Shown here: piece by piece, positions 8,131 to 18,493 of the stretch
Position numbering within the stretch: the stretch's first letter is position 1
How the letters are laid out: each line of letters starts with the position of its first letter
NCBI RefSeq assembly: GCF_004353825.1
Contig: NZ_SMNA01000021.1
Location: 1 to 40,111, forward strand
Length of the DNA stretch: 40,111 bases
Reading direction: 5' to 3'
From: Occultella glacieicola
GTDB lineage: Bacteria; Actinomycetota; Actinomycetes; Actinomycetales; Beutenbergiaceae
The notes under the pieces: generated by a model
Databases searched by the model: none
Seen by the model: the letters and a program-made list of their open reading frames with translations, nothing else
Told to the model about the DNA's origin: nothing
Made by a program: the position numbers and the translations under genes

Positions 8131-9668
8131 GGTCGCCTCCACGTGCGTCCGTCGCGGGCCAGCATGGCGTCGGCCGAGGGCGGCCCCCAGGTGCCCGGGC
8201 GGTACGGCTCGGGCTTCCCGTGCTTGGTCCAGTGGTCGATGATCGGGTCGAGGATCTGCCAGGAGAGCTCGACCTCCCGCTGGCGCGGGAACAGCGGCGG
8301 GTCACCGAGGAGCATGTCCAGGATGAGCCGCTCGTAGGCCTCGGGGGAGGACTCGGTGAAGGCGTGCCCGTAGCCGAAGTCCATGGTGACGTCCCGGACC
8401 TCCATGGCGGTCCCGGGCACCTTCGAACCGAACCGGATGGTCACGCCCTCGTCGGGCTGCACCCGGATCACGATGGCGTTCTGACCGAGCTCCTGGGTCT
8501 CGTTCAGGTCGAACGGCAGGTGCGGCGCCCGCTTGAACACGATCGCGATCTCGGTGACCCGGCGGCCGAGGCGCTTGCCGGCGCGCAGGTAGAACGGCAC
8601 CCCGGCCCAGCGCCGGGTGTCGACGTCGAGGCGGATGGCGGCGTAGGTCTCGGTGATCGAGCCCGCGCTCATGCCCTGCTCCTGGAGATAGCCGACGACC
8701 TCCTCGCCGCCCTGCCAGCCCGCCTCGTACTGGCCGCGGGCGGTATGGCGGCCGATGTCGCGTGGGATGGTGACGGCGGAGAGCACCTTCTCCTTCTCGG
8801 CGCGGAGCTCGTCGGCCTCGAAGGAGACCGGCTCCTCCATGGCGGTCAACGCGAGCAGCTGCAGCAGGTGGTTCTGGATGACGTCGCGGGCCGCGCCGAT
8901 GCCGTCGTAGTAGCCGGCGCGGGAGCCGATCCCGATGTCCTCGGCCATCGTGATCTGGACGTGGTCGACGTAGTTGGCGTTCCAGATCGGTTCGAACATC
9001 TGGTTCGCGAACCGCAGCGCGAGGAGGTTCTGCACCGTCTCCTTGCCGAGGTAGTGGTCGATGCGGAACACCGACTCCGGCGGGAAGACCTCCTCCACCA
9101 CGTCGTTCAGCTCGCGGGCGCTGGTGAGGTCGTGACCGAAGGGCTTCTCCACGACGACCCGGCGCCAGGTGTCTGCGGCCGGGGTGGACAGGCCCACCTT
9201 CGCGAGTTGCTCGAGGACCAGCGGGAACTGTCCCGGCGGCACGGACAGGTAGAAGGCGTGATTGCCACCGGTGCCGCGTTCGTCGTCGAGGCGTTGCACC
9301 GTCTGCGCCAGCCGCTCGAAGGCGGAGTCGTCGGAGAACTCGCCGGACACGAACCGGAAGCCCTTGGATAACTGTTCCCAGACCCCTTCGTCGAACGGGG
9401 TCCGGGAGTGCTTCTCGATCGCATCGTGCGCGATCTTGCGGAAGTCCTGGTCCTGCCAGTCCCGCCGCGCGAACCCGGTGAGACCGAACGCGGGGGGTAG
9501 CAGCCCGCGGTTCGCCAGGTCGTAGACCGCCGGCAGCAGCTTCTTCTGCGCCAGGTCGCCGGTGACGCCGAAGATCACCAGGCCGCTGGGCCCGGCGATC
9601 TTCGGCAGCCGCCGGTCGGATGGATCACGGAGCGGGTTCTGTCCGTTCGTCACCTTCGCCGGTGCCAT
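8127..9668 (-). CDS. zwf: Glucose-6-phosphate 1-dehydrogenase
   Basis: GVTGDLA, EKPFGHD, RIDHYLGKE, RDVIQNH, GVPFYLRAGK. Confidence 0.98.
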   Translation of the reverse strand: MAPAKVTNGQNPLRDPSDRRLPKIAGPSGLVIFGVTGDLAQKKLLPAVYDLANRGLLPPAFGLTGFARRDWQDQDFRKIAHDAIEKHSRTPFDEGVWEQLSKGFRFVSGEFSDDSAFERLAQTVQRLDDERGTGGNHAFYLSVPPGQFPLVLEQLAKVGLSTPAADTWRRVVVEKPFGHDLTSARELNDVVEEVFPPESVFRIDHYLGKETVQNLLALRFANQMFEPIWNANYVDHVQITMAEDIGIGSRAGYYDGIGAARDVIQNHLLQLLALTAMEEPVSFEADELRAEKEKVLSAVTIPRDIGRHTARGQYEAGWQGGEEVVGYLQEQGMSAGSITETYAAIRLDVDTRRWAGVPFYLRAGKRLGRRVTEIAIVFKRAPHLPFDLNETQELGQNAIVIRVQPDEGVTIRFGSKVPGTAMEVRDVTMDFGYGHAFTESSPEAYERLILDMLLGDPPLFPRQREVELSWQILDPIIDHWTKHGKPEPYRPGTWGPPSADAMLARDGRTWRRP

Positions 9669-9708
9669 CCGGTGGTACCACCCTTCGTCGCTGTCTCGCC
9701 TCGGCAGG

Positions 9709-10851
9709 TCAGGAACCGGCGGCCGCCAGCCCGTCGGTGACGTCCTTCAGCAGCTCGTCCCAGCTCTTCTCGAAGGAGGCCACGCCGGCCTCCTCCAGTC
9801 CCTCCAGGATCTTGCCGTACGGGACGCCGAGCCGCTCGAGGCTGTCCAGTATCTGGCGGGAGTCCTCGAACGTTCCGTGCACGGTGTCGGTGCCGTCGGC
9901 CCGCGAGTGGTCGGCGACCGCCTCGAGGGTCTTGCCGGGCATCGTGTTCACGACGTCGGCCACCACGAGTTCGTCGACGTACATGGTGTCCGGGTAGGCC
10001 GGGTCCTTCGTGCCGGTCGAGGCCCACAGCGGGCGCTGGGTGTGCGCACCCGCGACCGCGAGCGCCTCGAACCGGGGGGTCGAGAAGATCTCCTCGTACA
10101 CCTCGTAGGCCAGGCGCGCGTTCGCGATCGCCGCCTTGCCCCGTAGGGCCCTGGCCTCGTCGGTGCCGATCTCGTCGAGGGCCTTGTCCACCTGGGTGTC
10201 GATCCGGGACAGGAACAGCGAGGAGACCGATCGGATGGTGGACAGGTCCCTGCCGGCCTGATGCGCCAGCTCCAGGCCGTCGACGTAGGCCTGCGCGACG
10301 GCGCGGAACCGGTCCAGACTGAACACGAGCGTGACGTTGACGCTGATCCCGGCGCCGATCGCCGCGGTGATCGCCGGCAGGCCCTCGACCGTGGCGGGGA
10401 TCTTCACGTGCAGGTTGGGCCGGTCGACGGTCTCCCACAGGGTGTGCGCCGAGGCGATCGTGGCCTCGGTCTCGCGGGCCAGCCGGGGGTCGACCTCGAT
10501 GGAGACGCGGCCGTCCTGGCCGCCGGTCGCCGCGTGGATGTCGGCGAACAGGTCGCACGCGTCGCGCACGTCGGCGGTGGTCAGCTTCAGGACCGCCTCG
10601 TCGAGGGAGGCGCCGGCCGCGGCCAGCTCGCGCAGCTGCGGCTCGTAGGCGTCGCCGTTCTCGATCGACTTGGCGAAGATCGTCGGGTTCGTCGTGACAC
10701 CGACCACGGACCGGGTGTCGATCAGGTTCTTCAGGGCCCCCGACTGCAGGGCGTCACGGGACAGGTCGTCGAGCCACACGGAGACGCCGGCCGCGCTGAT
10801 CGCGGACAGGGCGTCGCTGGTGGTCCCGGGCTGCTGGGTCTGCTGGGTCAT
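9709..10851 (-). CDS. tal: Transaldolase
   Basis: SVWLDDLSR, GVTTNPTIF, VSIEVDP, VKIPAT, NVTLVFS, QRPLWASTGTK. Confidence 0.97.
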   Translation of the reverse strand: MTQQTQQPGTTSDALSAISAAGVSVWLDDLSRDALQSGALKNLIDTRSVVGVTTNPTIFAKSIENGDAYEPQLRELAAAGASLDEAVLKLTTADVRDACDLFADIHAATGGQDGRVSIEVDPRLARETEATIASAHTLWETVDRPNLHVKIPATVEGLPAITAAIGAGISVNVTLVFSLDRFRAVAQAYVDGLELAHQAGRDLSTIRSVSSLFLSRIDTQVDKALDEIGTDEARALRGKAAIANARLAYEVYEEIFSTPRFEALAVAGAHTQRPLWASTGTKDPAYPDTMYVDELVVADVVNTMPGKTLEAVADHSRADGTDTVHGTFEDSRQILDSLERLGVPYGKILEGLEEAGVASFEKSWDELLKDVTDGLAAAGS

Positions 10852-10877
10852 CAGGGGTCTCCCTCGTTGCGGTGGGT

Positions 10878-10914
10878 GGGCGCCGACGGCCGTTCGGTCC
10901 GGCCGTCGGCACCC
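10878..10914 (-). other. Intergenic stem-loop between tkt and tal
   Basis: On the minus strand GGGTGCCGACGGCCG-gaccgaa-CGGCCGTCGGCGCCC: 15-bp stem with one G-U pair and no U-tract. Confidence 0.65.
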
Positions 10915-10920
10915 GGACGG

Positions 10921-13029
10921 TCAGGCCTTGGCCGCGGCGATCGACTCCTCGGCGGCGGCGACGGTCGCCTCGGCGGTGATGCCGAACTCGGCGAAGAGGA
11001 TCTTGTAGTCGGCGGACGCGCCATAGTGCTCCAGGGAGACCGCACGCCCGGCGTCGCCCAGGTACTTGTACCAGGACAGCGCGATGCCGGCCTCGACGCT
11101 CACCCGGGCCCGCACCGCAACCGGAAGGACGGACTCGCGGTAGTCGGCGTCCTGCTCCTCGAACCACTCCAGGCTCGGTGCCGACACCACCCGGGTGCCC
11201 ACTCCCTTGGCCTCGAGCTGCTCGCGGGCGGCCACGGCGATCTGCACCTCGGAGCCGGTCGCGATCAGGATCACGTCCGGAGTACCCGTGGAGGACTCCA
11301 GCAGCACGTACGCGCCCTTCGCGACGCCGTCGGCCCCGGCGAAGCCGTCGGTGCCCCGCGGGAAGGTCGGGACGTTCTGCCTGGTCAGGACGATGCCGGC
11401 CGGGCCGTCGCGGCGCTCCAGGACGGCCTTCCAGGCCTGCGCGGTCTCGTTGGCGTCCGCCGGGCGCACCAGGGCCAGGCCCGGGATGGCCCGAACGGCG
11501 GCGAGGTGCTCCACCGGCTGGTGGGTGGGGCCGTCCTCGCCGAGGCCGATCGAGTCGTGCGTCCACACGTAGATCGAGGGTGCCTTCATCAGCGAGGCCA
11601 GGCGGACTGCGCCGCGCATGTAGTCGCTGAACGTGAAGAACGTGCCACCGTAGGCTCGGGTCAGTCCGTCCACGGCGATGCCGTTGACGATCGCGCCCAT
11701 CGCGTGCTCGCGGATGCCGAAGTGCAGGGTGCGCCCGTACGGGTTGCCGGAGAACTCGTCGGTGGAGCGCTCGACCGGCACGAAGGACGGCTCGCCCTTC
11801 ATCGTGGTGTTGTTGGACCCGGCCAGGTCGGCGCTGCCGCCCCAGAGCTCGGGCAGCACCGGTGCCAGGGCGCTGAGCACGGCACCGGAGGCCGCGCGGG
11901 TGGCGACGTCCTTGCCCGCCTCGAACGTGGGCAGGGCGTCGGCCCAGCCGTCCGGCAGTTCACGGGCCTGGAGCCGGGCCAGCAGGGCCGCCCGCTCCGG
12001 GTTCGCCGCGGACCAGGTGGCCAGGGCCTCGTCCCACTCGGCGTGGGCCCGCGCGCCGCGTTCGGCGACCTCGCGGGTGTGCGCGAGGACCTCGGCGTCG
12101 ACGTCGAAGGACTTCTCGGGGTCGAACCCGAGGACCTCCTTGAGCGCCTTGACCTCGTCCCCGCCCAGCTTGGAGCCGTGCGCGGAGTGCGAGCCCTGCT
12201 TGCCGGGGGAGGGCCAGGCGATGATGGTGCGCAGCGCGATGAACGTCGGCCTGTCGGTGACGGTGCGGGCCTCGGCGAGTGCGGCGTTCAGGGCATCGAC
12301 GTCCTCGCGGTAGGTGCCGTCGGCCTGGGTCCAGTCCACCCGGATCGTGTGCCAGCCGTACGCGGCGTAGCGACCCACGACGTCCTCGGTGAAGGCGATG
12401 TCGGTGTCACCCTCGATCGAGATGTGGTTGTCGTCCCAGACGACCACGAGGTTGCCGAGGTTCTGGGTGCCGGCGAGCGAGGAGGCCTCACCGCTGACGC
12501 CCTCCTGCAGGTCGCCGTCCGAGGCGATCACGTACACCCGGTGGTCGAACGGGGACTCGCCGGGGGCGGCGTCCGGGTCCAGCAGGCCGCGGACGCGGCG
12601 CTGTGCCATGGCGATCCCGACGGCGGTCGCGACGCCCTGGCCGAGCGGGCCGGTGGTGGTCTCGACGCCCTTGGTGTGACCCCACTCGGGGTGGCCCGGG
12701 GTCAGCGAGCCCCAGGTGCGTAGGGCCTCGAGGTCCTCCAGTTCCAGGCCGTAGCCGGACAGGTAGAGCTGGATGTACTGCGTGATCGAGGAGTGCCCGG
12801 CGGACAGCACGAACCGGTCCCGGCCGAGCCACTCCGGGTCGCCCGGGTCGAGGGTCATCTCGTTCTGGTACAGCAGGTACGCCAGGGGCGCGAGGCTGAT
12901 CGCGGTGCCGGGGTGACCGTTGCCGACCTTCTCGACGGCGTCGGCGGCGAGGACACGGACGGTGTCGATGGCCTTGTGGTCGAGTTCGTTCCAGCCGACG
13001 GTGTCCGACTTCGGGGCTTGCGCGTTCAC
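10921..13029 (-). CDS. tkt: Transketolase
   Basis: GHPGTA, RDRFVLSAGH, TTGPLGQG, SDGDLQEG, FGIREHAM, THDSIGLGEDGPTHQP. GTG at 13029 (VNAQ) is preceded by GAAGG. Confidence 0.97.
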   Translation of the reverse strand: MNAQAPKSDTVGWNELDHKAIDTVRVLAADAVEKVGNGHPGTAISLAPLAYLLYQNEMTLDPGDPEWLGRDRFVLSAGHSSITQYIQLYLSGYGLELEDLEALRTWGSLTPGHPEWGHTKGVETTTGPLGQGVATAVGIAMAQRRVRGLLDPDAAPGESPFDHRVYVIASDGDLQEGVSGEASSLAGTQNLGNLVVVWDDNHISIEGDTDIAFTEDVVGRYAAYGWHTIRVDWTQADGTYREDVDALNAALAEARTVTDRPTFIALRTIIAWPSPGKQGSHSAHGSKLGGDEVKALKEVLGFDPEKSFDVDAEVLAHTREVAERGARAHAEWDEALATWSAANPERAALLARLQARELPDGWADALPTFEAGKDVATRAASGAVLSALAPVLPELWGGSADLAGSNNTTMKGEPSFVPVERSTDEFSGNPYGRTLHFGIREHAMGAIVNGIAVDGLTRAYGGTFFTFSDYMRGAVRLASLMKAPSIYVWTHDSIGLGEDGPTHQPVEHLAAVRAIPGLALVRPADANETAQAWKAVLERRDGPAGIVLTRQNVPTFPRGTDGFAGADGVAKGAYVLLESSTGTPDVILIATGSEVQIAVAAREQLEAKGVGTRVVSAPSLEWFEEQDADYRESVLPVAVRARVSVEAGIALSWYKYLGDAGRAVSLEHYGASADYKILFAEFGITAEATVAAAEESIAAAKA

Positions 13030-13275
13030 TGAGCCTTCACTTCCTGCGTCCGCGGTGGGCGGGCGCGTACGGGGTCTGTACCGGGTTCGGGGTGTGTTCG
13101 GGGAGACGGGGCCGCGGACGGCACTCCGACGCTCCATCCGACCCTACTCATTTTCCGTCCACGGGCACGTGGTTGCCCGATATTGCCGCCACCCGGCCTA
13201 GACTGGCTCGGGCGGGCAGCGTCCCGCTCGAGCGGCGCCCTCGATCGGCGCACCAGATCCGGAGAAGTTGAGCCT

Positions 13276-14250
13276 GTGGCCGAGCAGCACCCTGTGACCA
13301 TCCCAGCCGCGCCCGACGCGGTCGCACCGGCAGCGCCCGGCGACCCACGTCGACGCCCCGGCGGCGGGGTCCGGGCGAAGGTCGGCGCCTACATCGCGCT
13401 CACCAAGCCGCGGATCATCGAGCTGCTGCTGATCACGACGGTGCCGACGATGATCCTGGCGCAGGGCGGATTCCCGTCCTGGTGGCTGATCATCGCGACC
13501 CTGGTCGGTGGCACGGCCGCGGCCGGCTCGGCGAACACCCTGAACATGTACTACGACCGGGACATCGACGCGGTGATGCACCGCACGAAGAAGCGTCCAC
13601 TGGTCACGGGCGCGGTGAGTCCCACCGGCGCGCTCGTCTTCGGTATCGCACTCGGGGTGTTCTCGGTCCTCTGGCTCGGCCTGACCGTGAACTGGGTGGC
13701 CGCCGGTCTCGCGTTCGCGGCGAACCTCATGTACTCGGTCGGCTACACGATCCTGCTGAAGCGGCACACCTCGCAGAACATCGTGTGGGGCGGGGCCGCC
13801 GGCTGCATGCCGGTGCTGATCGGCTGGGCTGCGGTCACCGGGTCCCTGGACTGGGCGCCGTTCCTGCTGTTCGGGATCATCTTCTTCTGGACCCCGCCGC
13901 ACTACTGGCCGCTGTCGATGAAGTTCAAGAAGGACTACGCCGCCGCCGGGGTGCCGATGCTGCCGGTCGTGAGCGCGGACACCGGGGTGGCCCGGCAGAT
14001 GATCGGCTACGCGGTCGCGATGGTCGCCTGCTCGCTGGCGCTGATCCCGGTCGCGGACATGGGCCTGTTCTACACGGCGGCCGCGGTCGCCTCCGGTACC
14101 TGGTTCCTGGTGCTGTGCATCAACCTGTATCGCCGGGCGGTGGCCGGCACCACCCGCAAGCTGGGCGCGATGAAGGTCTTCCACGGCTCGATCACGTACC
14201 TGACCCTGGTGTTCGTGGCGCTCTCGATCGACCCGTTCCTGCCGTTCTGA
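13276..14250 (+). CDS. ctaB: Protoheme IX farnesyltransferase (heme O synthase)
   Basis: [53 protein letters not shown]. Start approximate (GTG after GGAGAAG). Confidence 0.95.
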   Translation: MAEQHPVTIPAAPDAVAPAAPGDPRRRPGGGVRAKVGAYIALTKPRIIELLLITTVPTMILAQGGFPSWWLIIATLVGGTAAAGSANTLNMYYDRDIDAVMHRTKKRPLVTGAVSPTGALVFGIALGVFSVLWLGLTVNWVAAGLAFAANLMYSVGYTILLKRHTSQNIVWGGAAGCMPVLIGWAAVTGSLDWAPFLLFGIIFFWTPPHYWPLSMKFKKDYAAAGVPMLPVVSADTGVARQMIGYAVAMVACSLALIPVADMGLFYTAAAVASGTWFLVLCINLYRRAVAGTTRKLGAMKVFHGSITYLTLVFVALSIDPFLPF

Positions 14251-14254
14251 CCCG

Positions 14255-15226
14255 ATGCCGGCCGACGAGTCCGTTCCCTACGGCGGGCAACTGCGCGAGT
14301 ACCTCGCGCACCTGGGCATCGAGCGTGGCCTCTCGGAGCACACCCTGGCCGCCTACCGGCGGGACCTGCTGCGGTACGCGGCGTTCCTGCGCGGCCTCGG
14401 GCGGGGCTCGTTCGCCGAGGTGACGGAGGCGGACGTCGGCGCCTACGTGGAGGCGCTGCGCGCCGGGTCCGACGGCGGGTCGCCCCTGTCCGCGTCGTCG
14501 ACGTCCCGGGCCGTGGTCGCCGTCCGCGGCTGGCACCGGTTCGAGGCGCTCGAGGGGCGCACCGACCACGACCCGGCCGCGGCCGTGCGCCCACCGAGCG
14601 GTGCGAAGCGGCTCCCGAAGGCGATCTCCACCGACGAGGTGGAGCGGCTCCTGCACGGTGCCTCCGCGGCCGAGGGCGTGCTCGGGCTGCGCGACCGGGC
14701 CCTGGTGGAGGTCCTCTACGGCACCGGCGCCCGGATCAGCGAGGCCGTCGGCCTGGCGGTCGACGACCTGCACCTGGACCGGACGGCACCGTCCGTCCGG
14801 CTGTTCGGCAAGGGACGCAAGGAGCGGATCGTCCCGATGGGCCGGTTCGCCGTCGAGGCCCTGGAGGCCTACCTGGTCCGGGCCCGGCCGGTGCTCGCGC
14901 AGTCCGGGCGGGGCACACCGACGGCGTTCCTGAACCAGCGCGGCAACCCGCTGTCCCGGCAGAGCGCGTGGGCGGTCCTGCAGACCGCCGCCGACCGTGG
15001 CGGAGTCACGGCGCACATCTCCCCGCACACCCTGCGCCACTCCTACGCGACCCACCTGCTGGCCGGCGGCGCCGACGTGCGGGTGGTCCAGGAACTCCTC
15101 GGCCACGCCTCGGTGACCACCACGCAGATCTACACGCTGGTCACCCCGGACACGCTGCGCGAGGTCTACGCCGCCGCCCACCCCCGCGCCCGGGCTGACC
15201 CCGGTCACGACGGAGGTCCTGCGTGA
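14255..15226 (+). CDS. xerD: Site-specific tyrosine recombinase XerD
   Basis: [68 protein letters not shown]. Confidence 0.93.
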   Translation: MPADESVPYGGQLREYLAHLGIERGLSEHTLAAYRRDLLRYAAFLRGLGRGSFAEVTEADVGAYVEALRAGSDGGSPLSASSTSRAVVAVRGWHRFEALEGRTDHDPAAAVRPPSGAKRLPKAISTDEVERLLHGASAAEGVLGLRDRALVEVLYGTGARISEAVGLAVDDLHLDRTAPSVRLFGKGRKERIVPMGRFAVEALEAYLVRARPVLAQSGRGTPTAFLNQRGNPLSRQSAWAVLQTAADRGGVTAHISPHTLRHSYATHLLAGGADVRVVQELLGHASVTTTQIYTLVTPDTLREVYAAAHPRARADPGHDGGPA

Positions 15227-15238
15227 TGGTGGGTCGGC

Positions 15239-16219
15239 TCAGCGCAGGGCGGTGACCCGGTGCGGCGCCTCGGGGTGGAACGGATCGGCCGTGTGGATCT
15301 CGGTGCCCGGGTGCAGCAGCGTCTCGGTCCGGTACAGCTCCTCCAGTTCGACGGCGGCCGGCCCGCCGTGCACGCCGCGCGCCTCCTCGTCGTCCGCCGC
15401 CACGAGCAGCCCGGCGACGCGGTCGATCCGGTCGAGGAAGGGGGCGAGGCCATCGACGTCCCCGGGCGGCGGACCCTCGCTCAGGATTCCCCAGATGTCC
15501 CAGAGGAGCAGTTCGTCGCGATGCCGGTGGGCCGCTTCGAAGACCACGTACTCGGCCACGAATACCGGGCCCCGCAGCGGCAGGGTCGGGTCCACACCGT
15601 AGGTGTCGGCGTCGAGCGTGCCCGCCCGGTGGGCGAGCCACACCTGCGCGGCCGTCTCGAACGGGGTGCCCAGGCCCGTCGGGATGTCGGTGACGTCGAA
15701 CTCCGCCCGGAACCCGGGCGCGTACCCCACCTCCAGCTCGGGGTCGAAGCGGACCCAGCGTCCGCCGTCGAACACCTCGACGACCACGTGGTCGTGGTGG
15801 AACCCGGCCCGGAAGTAGTCGGCGAACCCGATCCGGGTGCGGGCCGGCACGCCGTGCTCGCGCAGGACCCCGACGCTGAAAAGGGAGTGGTCCCGGCAGC
15901 AGCCCTGGAGCCGCTCGGGCAGGGCGCGGGGTGCGTTCAGCGGCAGTCCGTGCCTGGCCTGGTCGGTGGCGAGCTGGTCGGACAGCCAGCGCAGGTCGAT
16001 GTCGCCGCGGGTGGCCTCGGGCAACTGCGCCTGCTCGCCGCGGTAGTGCGCGATCAGGTTCCGCGCGGCCGCGGAGACGTCACCGATCGTCGGGGGCACC
16101 GCGCGGAGCAGTCCGGCGTGCGGGCCGGGGTCGCTGTACGCGGAGTGCCGGGCGTAGCCGGCGACGGCGTCCGGCACCTGGGTGGGTCGGCTCGCGTCGG
16201 TCCGGGGTGTGGTGGTCAT
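15239..16219 (-). CDS. Transglutaminase-like (Cys-His-Asp) domain protein
   Basis: GCCRDH (Cys), GVPARTRIGFADYF, HHDHVVVE (His), WVRFDPE (Asp). Start overlaps the merR stop. Confidence 0.85.
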   Translation of the reverse strand: MTTTPRTDASRPTQVPDAVAGYARHSAYSDPGPHAGLLRAVPPTIGDVSAAARNLIAHYRGEQAQLPEATRGDIDLRWLSDQLATDQARHGLPLNAPRALPERLQGCCRDHSLFSVGVLREHGVPARTRIGFADYFRAGFHHDHVVVEVFDGGRWVRFDPELEVGYAPGFRAEFDVTDIPTGLGTPFETAAQVWLAHRAGTLDADTYGVDPTLPLRGPVFVAEYVVFEAAHRHRDELLLWDIWGILSEGPPPGDVDGLAPFLDRIDRVAGLLVAADDEEARGVHGGPAAVELEELYRTETLLHPGTEIHTADPFHPEAPHRVTALR

Positions 16220-17049
16220 CTGTGGTCCTCTCGGTAGGGCAGGGCGATCTCGGCGGCGGGTGCGGTGGGGGTGTCCGGCCAGGGCACGGGGTAGATCTCG
16301 CGGGGTGGCCCCGTCGCGGCGCCGTGGGCGCGGGCCCAGCGGCCGACCGCGTCATAGGCGTGCAGGATCTGCGGGTAGGCGCACTGGGCGCGGGTGATCG
16401 TCGTGGCCGCCTCCGTACGGGCGGGTTCGAGGCGGATGACGATCGGACCGGACGGGGTCGCGATGCCCTCGAACGGCACACACACCTCGATGGGTCCGTC
16501 GCTGTCCGGGGAGACGACGCCGTGGTAGATCGCCCACCACTCATCCCCGAAGGTGGCGTCCAGGGTGGCCAGGTGGGCACGGATCCGGGTCACCGAGTCG
16601 TCCAGGGTGGCCACGAGCTCGGCCTGGAGGACGTGCGTGGTGATGGACGCCAGCAGGCGTTCCGCTGCGGGACGGGAGGCGACGTCGAACGTGGGCGAAG
16701 GAGCGCCGTCGCGCCATTGCTCGACCAGGTACTCCACGGTGCCGCGTTTGGTGGCCAGCGCGTGCTCCTGCTCGGCCCACCACGCCAGCAGGTCGTCGGT
16801 GGCGGCCGCCGGGTTCGCGGCGGCCAGGATCGCCCGGACCCGCGCGAGCGGCATGTCGAGGCGACGCAGCAGGGAGATCCGCCGGGCGGTCGGTTCCTGG
16901 TCAGGTGAGTAGTACCGGTAGCCGGTGTACGGGTCCACCGAGGCGGGCACGAGCAGTCCGGACTCGTCGTAGCCCCGCAAGGCCTTCAGGGACAGGCCGG
17001 TCCGGCGCGCGAACTCGCCGATCGTGAAGTGGTCGCGGCCTGGTGTCAT
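16216..17049 (-). CDS. MerR-family transcriptional regulator with C-terminal GyrI-like effector domain (BmrR type)
   Basis: TIGEFARRTGLSLKALRGYDESGLLVPASVDPYTGYRYY. C-terminal EVCVP...GPPREIY...EIALP. Confidence 0.9.
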   Translation of the reverse strand: MTPGRDHFTIGEFARRTGLSLKALRGYDESGLLVPASVDPYTGYRYYSPDQEPTARRISLLRRLDMPLARVRAILAAANPAAATDDLLAWWAEQEHALATKRGTVEYLVEQWRDGAPSPTFDVASRPAAERLLASITTHVLQAELVATLDDSVTRIRAHLATLDATFGDEWWAIYHGVVSPDSDGPIEVCVPFEGIATPSGPIVIRLEPARTEAATTITRAQCAYPQILHAYDAVGRWARAHGAATGPPREIYPVPWPDTPTAPAAEIALPYREDHR

Positions 17050-17055
17050 GACCCC

Positions 17056-17086
17056 AGTGTTGGGCCTGCCCCAGGGGGAGGGTCAA
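17056..17086 (-). promoter_or_regulatory. MerR-type promoter/operator for the merR-transglutaminase operon
   Basis: Minus strand: -35 TTGACC, 19-bp spacer containing dyad CCTCCCCC-T-GGGGCAGG (17065-17081), -10 AACACT, then 6 nt to the ATG. Confidence 0.75.
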
Positions 17087-17138
17087 CCGACATTTCGACG
17101 ATCGGGAGGCGGGCTCACCCGCTGTCGGGAGGAGTCGC

Positions 17139-18416
17139 TCAGAAGAACGTGCGAACGAGCCCGACGGCGACGGAGTCGGGCGTGAGCCGACCGTCGACCT
17201 CGACGATGTCGCGCCACTTGTCGAACGTCGTGCACGGGTGGGAGATGCCGAGCACCACGCGGTCTCCGACCTCAGGCGTCGCCCCGAACGTCGACGCCGG
17301 CACGAAGGCGTGCTGATCGTTCACCGCCGCCACCGGCGCCGGATCGAGCGCTGCCTGGGCCGCCCTGCCGGTACGCCAGAGCTCGAGGGGGACCGGCAGC
17401 CCCTGATCGTGTCCGGCGTCGCGCCGGCCGGTGTCGAGAAGTGCCACACCGCCGTCGTGGACCGCGAGCACGGTGGCCACGAGGCGCAGCGCGGACCGGA
17501 ATCGTGGTGCGTTCGGTGGGGCGCCGTCCTGGGCCCGGCGGTAGTGCCCGTCGTCGTGGGCGATGCTCACGCCCGAGCGCACGATCACCCGGCCGTCCGC
17601 GCCGGTCAGGTCCGACAGTCCGTCGGTGACCTCGCCGAGATGGTCGCTCCCGGCGATGCTGAGGTATGCGTCCGGCCCGGCCGCGGGGAGCGCGACCTCC
17701 CGGTGCACGTGCAGCACGTGCGCGGCGAACGCGCCGATCTCGGCGCGGCTCGGATCGCCACCGATCGCACCCTCGTAGGCGGCGGAGCCCGCGAGCCGGA
17801 CGCCCGGGGTAGCCCGGATCCGGGCGGCCACGACGCCCGCCTCGTCGAGGTCCCGCACGCCGGTGCGTCCACCGGGACGGCCGATGTCCAGCAGGACCGG
17901 GAGCTCCGGTCCGGACGGATCGGCGAGGGCCGCCACGGCCGCCTCGCTGTCGACCCATGACAGGATCTCCCGGTGCGGGTCGGTGCGCAGTGCCGCCCGG
18001 GCGCGTCCGGCGCCGGCCCCGGTCGCGAGCGGGTTCGCCAGCTGGATGCGCCGCACTCCGAAGGCGAGCGCGACGTTCAGCTGCGCGAGGGTCGCGACGG
18101 TGATGCCCCAGGCGCCGGCCGCCAGCTGCCGCGACCACAGCTGAGGCGCCATGGTGGTCTTCCCGTGCGGTGCCAGCAGGTAACCGCGCTCGTCACACCA
18201 GCGCTGCAGAGCCGCGATGTTGTCGGCGACGGCGGAGGCGTCGATCGTCAGGTACGGCGTCGTGAGGGCCGCGACCGGTGCCCGGGTCGACGCCAGGGTG
18301 CTGCGAGCGAGGCCGTCGAACCCGGGTCCGAGGACCTTGCCCAACGGTTCCGCCGGTAGCCCGCCGAGTTCGGACATGTCGAGCGCCTCGGCTCGGTCGG
18401 GATCCGTCTGGCTCAC
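17139..18416 (-). CDS. Fold-type III PLP enzyme (D-serine dehydratase / D-threonine aldolase-like)
   Basis: LAPHGKTTMAPQL (PLP Lys), GAWGITVA, GGRTGVR, AYEG, NDQHAF, SHPCTTFDKW. Alternative start at 18377. Confidence 0.85.
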   Translation of the reverse strand: MSQTDPDRAEALDMSELGGLPAEPLGKVLGPGFDGLARSTLASTRAPVAALTTPYLTIDASAVADNIAALQRWCDERGYLLAPHGKTTMAPQLWSRQLAAGAWGITVATLAQLNVALAFGVRRIQLANPLATGAGAGRARAALRTDPHREILSWVDSEAAVAALADPSGPELPVLLDIGRPGGRTGVRDLDEAGVVAARIRATPGVRLAGSAAYEGAIGGDPSRAEIGAFAAHVLHVHREVALPAAGPDAYLSIAGSDHLGEVTDGLSDLTGADGRVIVRSGVSIAHDDGHYRRAQDGAPPNAPRFRSALRLVATVLAVHDGGVALLDTGRRDAGHDQGLPVPLELWRTGRAAQAALDPAPVAAVNDQHAFVPASTFGATPEVGDRVVLGISHPCTTFDKWRDIVEVDGRLTPDSVAVGLVRTFF

Positions 18417-18493
18417 GCCTACCCTCGTTTCACCTGGACCTTGGTGGACTGCGTGGCCCGCCGGGATCGGTGGTCAGCGGCTGTCGGCCGGCT

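Noticed and set aside
10261..12723. 820-aa plus-strand ORF, and similar long ORFs (750-2414, 1433-2944, 19060-21330, 20027-21934, 24023-25717, 25933-27480, 31297-33225)
   Set aside because: Antisense or alternative-frame shadows of clear genes, expected at this GC content. They contain no recognisable motifs.
14255..15226. Tyrosine recombinase as a phage or island integrase
   Set aside because: The sequence is typical chromosomal XerD, near parA-like/scpAB, with no att repeats or phage genes.
18427..18440. parS-like sequence GTTTCACCTGGACC
   Set aside because: It has three mismatches to GTTTCACGTGAAAC and is not palindromic.
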